A DNA stretch of 64,000 nucleotides, from UHGV virus genome UHGV-1421865. One strand, given 5' to 3'. Below are positions 1 through 7,884 of this stretch, one piece after another. Position 1 is the first letter of the stretch. Each line of letters begins with the position of its first letter. This stretch comes from a virus. The notes beneath the pieces are model-generated. The model was not told where the DNA came from and did no database searches. It worked only from the letters and a program-made list of their open reading frames with translations. A program made the translations under genes and the position numbers.

Positions 1-44
1 AAATCAAACTATTATTAGACCAACGAGACAGGTCACAATTGAGA

Positions 45-392
45 TTAGAACAACCATAGAACATCTCTGACATAGTGAACCTCGTGAACTTCGGTAAATT
101 GTACATTGGATGTATTCCAAAGAGACAAATCACAGTTAAAATACTTACAATCGTAGAACATGCCGTGCATATCAGTGACATTACTGACATCCCATCCATC
201 GATTTCAATGTACCTTATATTTTTCCTATAAAATAAGCATTCCATATTATCTATTTCAGATACATCAATGAAATTCAAATCAGCATCCGGACCTTGACGT
301 TCCAGTTCTTGTTCTATGATAGTCTTGAGTTCATCTTTTGTCGATGGTTTAACTATACATGATTTTGTTGTAGATGTGATGTGAATTGCCAT
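45..392 (-). CDS. DUF285-repeat protein (family member, N-module type MAIHITS)
   Basis: N-terminal module MAIHITSTTKS...ELKTIIEQELERQGPDADLNFIDVSEI, followed by WDVSNVT.M.GMF repeats. Confidence 0.6.
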   Translation of the reverse strand: MAIHITSTTKSCIVKPSTKDELKTIIEQELERQGPDADLNFIDVSEIDNMECLFYRKNIRYIEIDGWDVSNVTDMHGMFYDCKYFNCDLSLWNTSNVQFTEVHEVHYVRDVLWLF

Positions 393-413
393 TTGTTCAC
401 TGTTTATACTACA

Positions 414-722
414 TCATTTCTCAAAAACACATTCAATACCGTATGCATCTGCAGCCTGGTGTTCAATCACACAACCACGTGCTTTCTCCCAACCTTTACA
501 AAAGTAAACAAGGTCGGCCTGTGCCATCAATTTCAACGACTCTCCCAAGTACAACAATCCTTTGTTCGGTACGTTAGAATTTTCAAAGTCATTACCAAAG
601 TAGGATTCCAGTACAGTCCAACCTATAGACTCATACCGTTCTTTGACACGATTGCGCACCGCACTGATTTCGATATTAGAAAGACCGTTCATCGGTTGAC
701 TGATAAATACTTTCTTTTTCAT
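414..722 (-). CDS. small DUF4406-like protein (nucleoside deoxyribosyltransferase-like fold), inserted after polymerase fragment
   Basis: 102 aa; MKKKVFISQPMNG... with C-terminal W.K..G...E...A...G pattern typical of DUF4406. Confidence 0.4.
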   Translation of the reverse strand: MKKKVFISQPMNGLSNIEISAVRNRVKERYESIGWTVLESYFGNDFENSNVPNKGLLYLGESLKLMAQADLVYFCKGWEKARGCVIEHQAADAYGIECVFEK

Positions 723-2239
723 TTGTTATTTTTTAATTTAATTAGACTATCGATATACGTAAGTAGTTCAGAATCAATACGTTGACCTGTATACTTAAAC
801 TCGTCGCGTTGCTTTTTCATACGACGCTGCATTTTCTTGAACGTATATTCTTTGTCATTTTTGTACACATTCCCGTTCACCGTAACGAAATAATTCGGAT
901 CTTTTCTGAACTTTTCTAGTTCCTCTTCGTCGAACTTTTCGCCATTTTCGTCGATTACAATGTTGTCGAACGACAGATTACAAGTTTGGATCTGTGACGG
1001 GTAAAGTGACGCGAAGTCATAACACACGTTCCATGTGTAGTGTCCGGAGATGCACTCACAGAAAGCACCTTTGTACGGTTTCTTTTCTCGAACGGTATGA
1101 TCCCAGTTGTATACAATTACTTTATTGTTATCGTAAAACTCATAGAACATGTTCGCATTGGTAATGGCTACCTGTCCGAAAGCATCTTTCAACGTAATCA
1201 TTGTACTGGTCGACATAGAACATGGTACTTCCAGTGACTTCAGTTTTCTATGAATCAGCTGTACCAACAAACTGTCGACAGCATTATAGAAATAATACCA
1301 TTCTACATCACGCTCGTAGAGTTGTTGCAACGAACCGTCGTACTTGATCTTATGTGCGTCGACTGCCCTGGACGATACATAATCCAACGAAAACGACTCG
1401 TACGGTACCAAAATTCTGTCGTACTGTTTACAGATTTCCATATAATCCAACACAACACTATGTTGAGGCGCCGGCAGGCTGTACGACGTACCGTCGAGTT
1501 CTTTCCATGCAATCTTAGTGACTTCCCTTGTCGGTGACGCATTATAGATCATGTTCTTGGCTGTAGTAGCACCGAACAGTCGCTTAATGCGTGTCGTAAG
1601 ATACATCCAGTCGAAACGATATGAATTCCACCCTGCAAGTACCGGTGTATTCGGAACTACCTTATTAAAGAATTCCTCTAACAATTCCTCTTCTGAAGAA
1701 AATGCTTTATAATATACTTTAATATAATCTTCTACTTTCTGTCCCGACTGTTCTACAATCGACATTGCAAATTTGTTGTCGCGGATCCATGAAATATATC
1801 GTTCTTTCAGTAAGTTGATAGACTCCTGCGATAGTCGATGTAGACCGTATACGATACAACTCAAATTATGTCCTACTACAGAGATAGCGGTCACTCGTTG
1901 GTCTGCGACTTCGGGGTCAGGGAACTCGTCCGATACCTCTGTTTCAATATCGAATGTATATAGATTAGGATAATTGTTCTCAAACAACGGAGCGAACTCC
2001 TCCTTGTTATTATAAATGTATTCTAATATATCAAACGTATTAGGGTTGTACTCAGATGTCTTCTTATTTACACGTTTTGCCCTTTGTCCGTCCCAGGTAT
2101 CGTACTCCCCGTCCGGGTCATATTCGTACGACGGCATATAACTAAGGTACTTAGTGATAAAGTCGCGTTTACCTTCTTTTGTAATATATGAAATACTGAG
2201 TTTTTTGTCTCGCTTATTCCAGGTTCTATCTAAGATCAT
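719..2239 (-). CDS. family B DNA polymerase, N-terminal/3'-5' exonuclease part with motif A only (gp43-like fragment)
   Basis: Exo I FDIETEV, Exo II GWNSYRFDWMYL, Exo III YNAVDSLLV, pol motif A DFASLYPS near C-terminus; stops about 90 aa later with no motif B (K...NS.YG) or C (DTD). Confidence 0.75.
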   Translation of the reverse strand: MILDRTWNKRDKKLSISYITKEGKRDFITKYLSYMPSYEYDPDGEYDTWDGQRAKRVNKKTSEYNPNTFDILEYIYNNKEEFAPLFENNYPNLYTFDIETEVSDEFPDPEVADQRVTAISVVGHNLSCIVYGLHRLSQESINLLKERYISWIRDNKFAMSIVEQSGQKVEDYIKVYYKAFSSEEELLEEFFNKVVPNTPVLAGWNSYRFDWMYLTTRIKRLFGATTAKNMIYNASPTREVTKIAWKELDGTSYSLPAPQHSVVLDYMEICKQYDRILVPYESFSLDYVSSRAVDAHKIKYDGSLQQLYERDVEWYYFYNAVDSLLVQLIHRKLKSLEVPCSMSTSTMITLKDAFGQVAITNANMFYEFYDNNKVIVYNWDHTVREKKPYKGAFCECISGHYTWNVCYDFASLYPSQIQTCNLSFDNIVIDENGEKFDEEELEKFRKDPNYFVTVNGNVYKNDKEYTFKKMQRRMKKQRDEFKYTGQRIDSELLTYIDSLIKLKNNK

Positions 2240-2316
2240 TGTTTATACTTAATGTTATATATAAGATATAGTACACATCGCGTGATAAATCAGTATTCCG
2301 AAACTAGTCTAATAGT

Positions 2317-2766
2317 TTAATGCCTAGTACGAATCTCAAATTGAGGATAGTATTCCTCTGGCATCTTATAACAAGCTGCAAACATTAGAAGCGCTTCAAC
2401 CTTATTGGATATATACCAACCAGACAAATCACAATTAAAGTTTTCACACATATAGAACATATTAGACGTGTCTGTCACATTCGATACATCCCAACTGGAC
2501 AAATCGCAATTAAACTTCCAACAATTACTGAACATGCCGCTCATGTTTCTAACATTAGAGACGTCCCATTCGTCTATTTTGATATTTCGGATGTCAAGTG
2601 AATTAAATAAATTAGACATGTCCGTGATCTTCGATGTGTCGATGAAATTGAGATCTGCATCTAGACCTTGATGATACAGTTCTTGTTCTATCAACGAACG
2701 TAACTCATCTTTCGTCGCAGGTCTCACTACAAGCGATTTCGTCTGAGATGTGATGTGTATTGACAT
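2317..2766 (-). CDS. DUF285-repeat protein (start corrected to internal MSIHITSQTKSL)
   Basis: Track ORF extends 39 codons upstream into the neighbouring gene; family N-module begins at the ATG at 2766. Confidence 0.55.
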   Translation of the reverse strand: MSIHITSQTKSLVVRPATKDELRSLIEQELYHQGLDADLNFIDTSKITDMSNLFNSLDIRNIKIDEWDVSNVRNMSGMFSNCWKFNCDLSSWDVSNVTDTSNMFYMCENFNCDLSGWYISNKVEALLMFAACYKMPEEYYPQFEIRTRH

Positions 2767-3409
2767 GCTGATCAAATTTAGGATAATATTCAGGTAGCAT
2801 CTTAGTATACTTGTCAAACATGAATTTGTTGTGCTGAACGTTCGATGTGTTCCAACCAGACAAGTCTGATTTGAATTTTTCACAACAGTAGAACATCGCA
2901 GACATATCCCTCACATTGGACACATTCCAATAGGACAGGTTACCGTTGAATTTTCTACAATTAAAGAACATGCACCACATACTACGTACATTAGAAACGT
3001 CCCAATAGATCAGGTCGGAATTGAAGATGCCACAATTGTAAAACATGTGTGACATGTTGGTGACATTGGACACATTCCAACTAGACAAGTCGCTGTTGAA
3101 AAATAAACACCAATCAAACATGTGTGACATATCCGTCACTTTCGATACATCCCATTTAGACAGATTACAATCTAAACAGGTACAATGACAGAACATCCAA
3201 GACATGTTTGTCACGTTGCTGACATCCCACTCGTCGATTTTGATGCTTCTGGGATTGAGTAACCAAAATAAATTAGACATGTCTGTAATCAGCGATGTGT
3301 CGATATGGTTCAAGTCAGCATCCCAACCTTGACGTTCCAGTTCTTGTTTTATGACAGAACGTAACTCGGCTTTTGTAGTTGGTCTCACTGTTTTAGTACT
3401 ACCATTCAT
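2705..3409 (-). CDS. DUF285-repeat protein (about 7 repeats)
   Basis: N-module ...ELRSVIKQELERQGWDADLNHIDTSLITDMSNLF, then repeated WDVSNVTNMSxMF units. Confidence 0.6.
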   Translation of the reverse strand: MNGSTKTVRPTTKAELRSVIKQELERQGWDADLNHIDTSLITDMSNLFWLLNPRSIKIDEWDVSNVTNMSWMFCHCTCLDCNLSKWDVSKVTDMSHMFDWCLFFNSDLSSWNVSNVTNMSHMFYNCGIFNSDLIYWDVSNVRSMWCMFFNCRKFNGNLSYWNVSNVRDMSAMFYCCEKFKSDLSGWNTSNVQHNKFMFDKYTKMLPEYYPKFDQHVNTHHISDEIACSETCDER

Positions 3410-3417
3410 ATATGAAA

Positions 3418-3696
3418 TTAAATAAAAGATGAAAGCTGTGGGTTAAGCTTAGTAAACAATTTTTGATATTCTTGTATATTCTTTTTCCATAATCCTACAG
3501 GTGTATTGTCAAGCCCACGTTCTATTATACCTTTTAATGTTTTCCACTCCTCAACAGTTAATGTTACAGTTTGCTCCGAACTTCTGTTTTCACTTCGTGG
3601 TCCACTACTTGGAGAGGAGAGGTCTTGTAGATCACATCCTGACGTCCTTTGTTCGTTAGAAGTAGGTCTTAAAATCTGCTTATTTGATACGGGCAT
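3418..3696 (-). CDS. hypothetical small protein (paralog of 40835..41071)
   Basis: Shared motif TLT..EW..L.GII..G with ORF 40835..41071. Confidence 0.4.
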   Translation of the reverse strand: MPVSNKQILRPTSNEQRTSGCDLQDLSSPSSGPRSENRSSEQTVTLTVEEWKTLKGIIERGLDNTPVGLWKKNIQEYQKLFTKLNPQLSSFI

Positions 3697-4210
3697 AGTT
3701 TACAAATGTATAAGGTTGTTCGTTGTGCTCGTCGGCTGGATGTGACTCTCTGAATGTACACTCCCAATCATTGTAGTCGACTTTCGGGAAAAAAGTATCG
3801 GCTTCCAGTGCTACCCCTTCAATGTGTGTCAAACATAGTCTGTCTGCCAGGGGCAATGCCGCTTTGTAGATAGACGCGCCACCGATAATGAATACTCGGT
3901 CGTCATCGTACGCTCCTACTAATGCAGTCTCTAAAGAATGAAACAGATGAGTACCGGGCGGTGCTTCACGGAGCGAACGACTAACCACAAAATTACGACG
4001 ATTAGGAAGAGCACCGTTCGGTAGCGACTCGAAAGTCTTCCGTCCCATAATTACAGTGTGTCCCGAAGTGAGTGTTTTGAAACGTTGTAGATCGCCTCGC
4101 AAATGAAAAAGCATGTGACCTTCGAAGCCGATAGCTCTGTTCTCATCGAGAGCGCAAATTATTGTGATCATATTATATAAATTGAATCCACGATGTCGAT
4201 TTATTGACAT
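3680..4210 (-). CDS. dihydrofolate reductase
   Basis: MITIICALDENRAIGFEGHMLFHLRGDLQRFKTLTSGHTVIMGRKTFESLP matches the DHFR N-terminal signature; 176 aa. Confidence 0.8.
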   Translation of the reverse strand: MSINRHRGFNLYNMITIICALDENRAIGFEGHMLFHLRGDLQRFKTLTSGHTVIMGRKTFESLPNGALPNRRNFVVSRSLREAPPGTHLFHSLETALVGAYDDDRVFIIGGASIYKAALPLADRLCLTHIEGVALEADTFFPKVDYNDWECTFRESHPADEHNEQPYTFVNYARIK

Positions 4211-4719
4211 TATTTTTCAAAAACAATATACGCTATTATAGGAATGACTATGGCGCCTATAAATAATAAAACTAAAGTAGCCAGAACCCAATAAAACTCA
4301 TCTTTACTATCATTGCCTGAATTATGATCTAAGTCAACAAAGTCGGTATACCAACGAGGTAGTTTAACAATGGCATTACAATCACGGAACATGTTTGTCA
4401 TTATCGCAACATTGTTAGTGTCCCAATTGTCTAAACCGGCACCCGTAAACCTATCACAACCGTTGAACATGGATTCCATCGTCTGCACATTGCTAACATT
4501 CCAACTGTCGATTTTGATGTCACGTACATCAAGGCAACAGAACAACCAAGACATGTCGGTGATCTCTGATACGTCAATATGATTCAAATCAGCATCCGGA
4601 CCTTGACGTCGTAGTTCCTGACGTATTAGTTCCTTCAATTCATCTCGTGAAGTAGGCCGCCCGTATGCTGGTTCTGGAACATATAAAGGTCTAGTTTTTG
4701 ACGTGATGTGTAGCGCCAT
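4210..4719 (-). CDS. DUF285-repeat protein with C-terminal transmembrane anchor
   Basis: N-module MALHITSKTRPL..., repeats, then hydrophobic tail YWVLATLVLLFIGAIVIPIIAYIVF. Confidence 0.6.
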   Translation of the reverse strand: MALHITSKTRPLYVPEPAYGRPTSRDELKELIRQELRRQGPDADLNHIDVSEITDMSWLFCCLDVRDIKIDSWNVSNVQTMESMFNGCDRFTGAGLDNWDTNNVAIMTNMFRDCNAIVKLPRWYTDFVDLDHNSGNDSKDEFYWVLATLVLLFIGAIVIPIIAYIVFEK

Positions 4720-4734
4720 TGTAAACTACCGAAT

Positions 4735-5064
4735 TTATTGTGCTTTTACCAGATTATCTTTATTTTCTGGCTTAACCGGATTGTTGTGTCTGTCCGTTGC
4801 ATGTACACATGTACCGTCTTCTGACCATCTGTAATCACACAGCTTACCGAACTGACTGACACTACCGACAATCTCGTTGGGTACTTTTTCCATATCGACT
4901 TCTGTGATGATCACTTGTCGACCATCAGCGGTCATCATCGGTCGTTCGTCGTTAACCCATTGCATATCAACAGGTTCACCTCTTCGTTCGCTTACAACAT
5001 GTGCATCGCACCACTGTTCTAAAATGTCTCGCAATCTTCCCATATTTTTACTTAAAAATTTCAA
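4735..5064 (-). CDS. hypothetical protein
   Basis: 109 aa ORF with coding-like composition. Confidence 0.35.
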   Translation of the reverse strand: MKFLSKNMGRLRDILEQWCDAHVVSERRGEPVDMQWVNDERPMMTADGRQVIITEVDMEKVPNEIVGSVSQFGKLCDYRWSEDGTCVHATDRHNNPVKPENKDNLVKAQ

Positions 5065-5476
5065 ACATCGATGCCTTATGACTCTTTACCTTTGCATACT
5101 GCTTAGGGTCGCCGTCGTCGAGCAACAACGTCATATTACGCTTATTATTGTATTCTTCTGTACACGGTACAGTAAATAGTCGGCTCAATTCAGAACACCA
5201 TACTGCGATAAAGTCACATTCACCGACGTAGTTTCTTGTCTTTTCTGTACTACCGGCCCACGATGCGGTGTTGAACTTTATATAGTCTTGTCCGTGGATT
5301 GTTCTTACACGACCGTGTTTTACTTGTACCTTATATAGCTTACCATATTCCGATTCTACGATAAAGTCATAACGTGCGTCACAGCCGTAAGGTACGTTGA
5401 CTGTATATCCTGCCTCTACAAAGCGTGCAAGAACGGCGAGTTCGGCTGCATTGCCGATTTGTTGTTGTTTTGTCAT
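5048..5476 (-). CDS. PD-(D/E)XK family nuclease (Hjc/resolvase-like)
   Basis: GNAAELAVLARFVEAGYTV...DARYDFIVE...KVQVK layout resembles archaeal Hjc-type PD-(D/E)XK nucleases. Confidence 0.4.
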   Translation of the reverse strand: MTKQQQIGNAAELAVLARFVEAGYTVNVPYGCDARYDFIVESEYGKLYKVQVKHGRVRTIHGQDYIKFNTASWAGSTEKTRNYVGECDFIAVWCSELSRLFTVPCTEEYNNKRNMTLLLDDGDPKQYAKVKSHKASMFEIFK

Positions 5477-5612
5477 ATTTTTATAGTTTACAAAAATCTT
5501 ACAAAGTACTATTAAAGTCTTAAATTGATATTAAAGACCACAAGACTTACAAAGTACTACTAAATACTGTTGTAGACTACCGACGTAGACTACTGCTGTC
5601 TATATAAGACTA
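5477..5612. repeat. short-repeat-rich spacer (CTTACAAAGTACTA twice, TAGACTAC three times)
   Basis: Direct repeats visible in 136-nt non-coding stretch; same motif family as 59170..59300. Confidence 0.5.
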
Positions 5613-6371
5613 CTAGAGGCCACAGAGGGATCTCAATACGGTTTTGAATTCACCCGACATATTACATTTGTCACTGAGACACCAGTCGATGTAGCTCGGA
5701 TCGATTTTATGAATTTTTTGTACGTCACAACTCCGATATTTACCGAAATTGAACACCACTGCACCGTCGCGGAATGTCTTCAACGAATTGTCGGTAACGA
5801 TAATCGGTACCATTAAGTTATCGGTTTGCTCTTTTTGTTTATTAAATACTTCAAACGTAGCTTTCACGTCCGAAAGTGCGTCGTGGGCGTTTAGTCCGGA
5901 CTCTTCCATTGAATGGCCTGTGTATTTTTCATAAATACCTTCCAGGTCGGTCGGATTGATTCTGTTGTTAATCAAGAAAGAGTCGAAAATAACACGGTCA
6001 GTGAAATTAATAGACTTACCGTATCGTTTGAGTTCCTCGTTCAAGAATGGAATATCAAAGCTATTGCCATTGAATGTCAATACAGCATTCTCTTTCGGAT
6101 TACCGAAGAATTCAACAATTTGGTCTGCGACTTCTTCAAAATGGGGGTATTGTTCCAATTGTTTCGGTGTGATACCGTGTTTGAAATATGCACCCATACT
6201 AATCTTATAAGGTTGTACAGGTTGGATTTTAAGGTCGAGTTCATCAACTACCTCATTTGTTTTCGCATCGTATTTAATAGCCGAGAACTGGATAATCTGA
6301 TCCGTCTCACGATACAGTCCGGTACATTCAATGTCAAATGCGACGATATACTTGTAATTTTGACTTTTCAT
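5613..6371 (-). CDS. DnaQ-like 3'-5' exonuclease (DEDDh; T4 DexA-like)
   Basis: Exo I VAFDIECTG, Exo III H.A..D (HDALSDV). Confidence 0.7.
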   Translation of the reverse strand: MKSQNYKYIVAFDIECTGLYRETDQIIQFSAIKYDAKTNEVVDELDLKIQPVQPYKISMGAYFKHGITPKQLEQYPHFEEVADQIVEFFGNPKENAVLTFNGNSFDIPFLNEELKRYGKSINFTDRVIFDSFLINNRINPTDLEGIYEKYTGHSMEESGLNAHDALSDVKATFEVFNKQKEQTDNLMVPIIVTDNSLKTFRDGAVVFNFGKYRSCDVQKIHKIDPSYIDWCLSDKCNMSGEFKTVLRSLCGL

Positions 6372-6559
6372 CGTATATGAAAACCTAAATTGTTTAGCTA
6401 AAATAGTTTCACTTCTTGTTTCAACCTATCACTACTAATAGTCCACAAGCGTAAATTCGGTACTACGAATACCTATTTAATTTCTTTATTTATTATGCAA
6501 CATTTATCATACAACCTTCATAGAATAAATGTTGTGTTCTTATCTATATCCTCAATTGA

Positions 6560-6814
6560 CTATTGTAGTTCAATCACTGTTTCATCATGGTCCAATTTAA
6601 GCGCTTTACGATCGCCTGCCATAATAGTACCACATTTAGTACAGGTGAAAACTGACATAGGATAGTTAATATCTTCACCGGCTTTACCTACTACGACGCC
6701 CGGAATCTTCTTTACGACCATCGCAGGCATAAATACATCGTGTCCGCATTTGTCACACTTTACATTAGGATAGTCTCTGGGGTCTACCGACCTATTCAAA
6801 TTTGGTTGTTCCAT
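6560..6814 (-). CDS. zinc-ribbon protein
   Basis: Two CxxC pairs (CDKCGH ... CTKCG). Confidence 0.4.
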   Translation of the reverse strand: MEQPNLNRSVDPRDYPNVKCDKCGHDVFMPAMVVKKIPGVVVGKAGEDINYPMSVFTCTKCGTIMAGDRKALKLDHDETVIELQ

Positions 6815-6828
6815 TTAATATAAGAAAT

Positions 6829-6978
6829 TTAATTGTCATTGTTAAAAACATACGTCGATACAGCTACACATGTCAGTACAAATACACCCATTGCGTTTAC
6901 AACAAAAGAGTCTGCACAGCATAAAAGTACACCGATAGTGATAAAAAGACTCATAAAAAATGATTTGAACTTTTCCAT
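6829..6978 (-). CDS. possible small membrane protein (49 aa)
   Basis: Manually found ORF MEKFKSFFMSLFITIGVLLCCADSFVVNAMGVFVLTCVAVSTYVF; below the ORF-track length cutoff. Confidence 0.25.
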   Translation of the reverse strand: MEKFKSFFMSLFITIGVLLCCADSFVVNAMGVFVLTCVAVSTYVFNNDN

Positions 6979-7083
6979 ATCTTTAATGTATGTTTAATTG
7001 GTTTACTTGTTCGTATATTTGTATTATAGCGAACTTTGTGAGCAAAATCAGTGCAGTTACAATCAACTTGTAATATACATACA

Positions 7084-7230
7084 AAAACTCAAGAAAATCT
7101 CGTCTGTATCGCGTCGAAATCTTCTAGCCTTCACATACCCAGGTAAGTACGTTTGGACGCGACAGAGAGGCTAAAAAGTGCCTCTATGGACGTGTAATAG
7201 TTCAGCATACCGGTACACGCAACATAAACT
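7084..7230 (-). repeat. conserved about 150-nt intergenic element, copy A (candidate structured RNA or regulatory module)
   Basis: Outer inverted repeat TCTGTATCGCGTC/GACGCGACAGAGA around inner hairpin; flank GAGGCTAAAAAGTGCCTCTATGG; contains TAcgTTTG. Confidence 0.6.
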
Positions 7231-7259
7231 CGAGAAATCAACGTAGTTTGTGCACAAAA

Positions 7260-7622
7260 TCAGCCTCTCGCCTCGGCATAAACTATATCCTGTTTTGGTA
7301 CATAACGATTTCCTGAAAGCCTTTTACCTTCAAACGCTACACATTTTTGTTTTCTTACTTCGTCCCATACAGGATCCCAAATATCGGTTGCGTGCACATA
7401 ACATACACCTCGCAGTCCTAAAATACCGTCTTTCAAGTTGTAATACTCAGTACAAACATCGTATCCTTTATATTTTGTTGTATCAATATCACGGGCTAGT
7501 GTATCGTTAAGATTTATTCGTAGCACACCAATTGCCTCTTGTATGGTACTATAACAGTATTCTGAGTCATTTATTGCTTTTATTGCCGTAGTTATACTTA
7601 TGTCAGTAAATGGTTTCATCAT
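7260..7622 (-). CDS. hypothetical protein (paralog of 42080..42709), start corrected to MMKPFTD
   Basis: Track ORF N-terminus (MCKVQQKSCV) is a translation of element copy B; C-terminal motif YNLKDGILGLRGV shared with 42080..42709. Confidence 0.4.
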   Translation of the reverse strand: MMKPFTDISITTAIKAINDSEYCYSTIQEAIGVLRINLNDTLARDIDTTKYKGYDVCTEYYNLKDGILGLRGVCYVHATDIWDPVWDEVRKQKCVAFEGKRLSGNRYVPKQDIVYAEARG

Positions 7623-7674
7623 AATTATTTTTCTATAGTATAGTACATTTGTACAGGACAAATCAAAACCTCTA

Positions 7675-7815
7675 AAAATTTGCTCTCTGACGCACGATTT
7701 TTGTTGGACCTTACACATACTAAGGTCACTACATTTGAGTGTGTTAGAGAGCCTTAAAAGTGCCTTTACGAGGACGTTAGGTATTTACATACCAGTGCGC
7801 AAAACAGAAACTGTC
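7675..7815 (-). repeat. conserved about 150-nt intergenic element, copy B
   Basis: CTCTCTGACGCAC...GTGTGTTAGAGAG stem with two G-T positions; inner hairpin GGACCTTA..TAAGGTC; TAcaTTTG motif. Confidence 0.6.
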
Positions 7816-7884
7816 TAAATCAGTGCATTTTACAGAATCTACACGTACAGATTTTTACATATACAACAAATATAAACCGACACA
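7815..7884 (+). promoter_or_regulatory. candidate promoter region upstream of giant gene (AAATCAGTGCA ... CAGATTTTTACATATA)
   Basis: Motif pair also present upstream of 26151 array. Confidence 0.3.

Noticed and set aside
1040-1973. Plus-strand ORFs inside the polymerase gene (1040..1237, 1250..1537, 1773..1973)
   Set aside because: Fully antisense to a gene with strong motif support.
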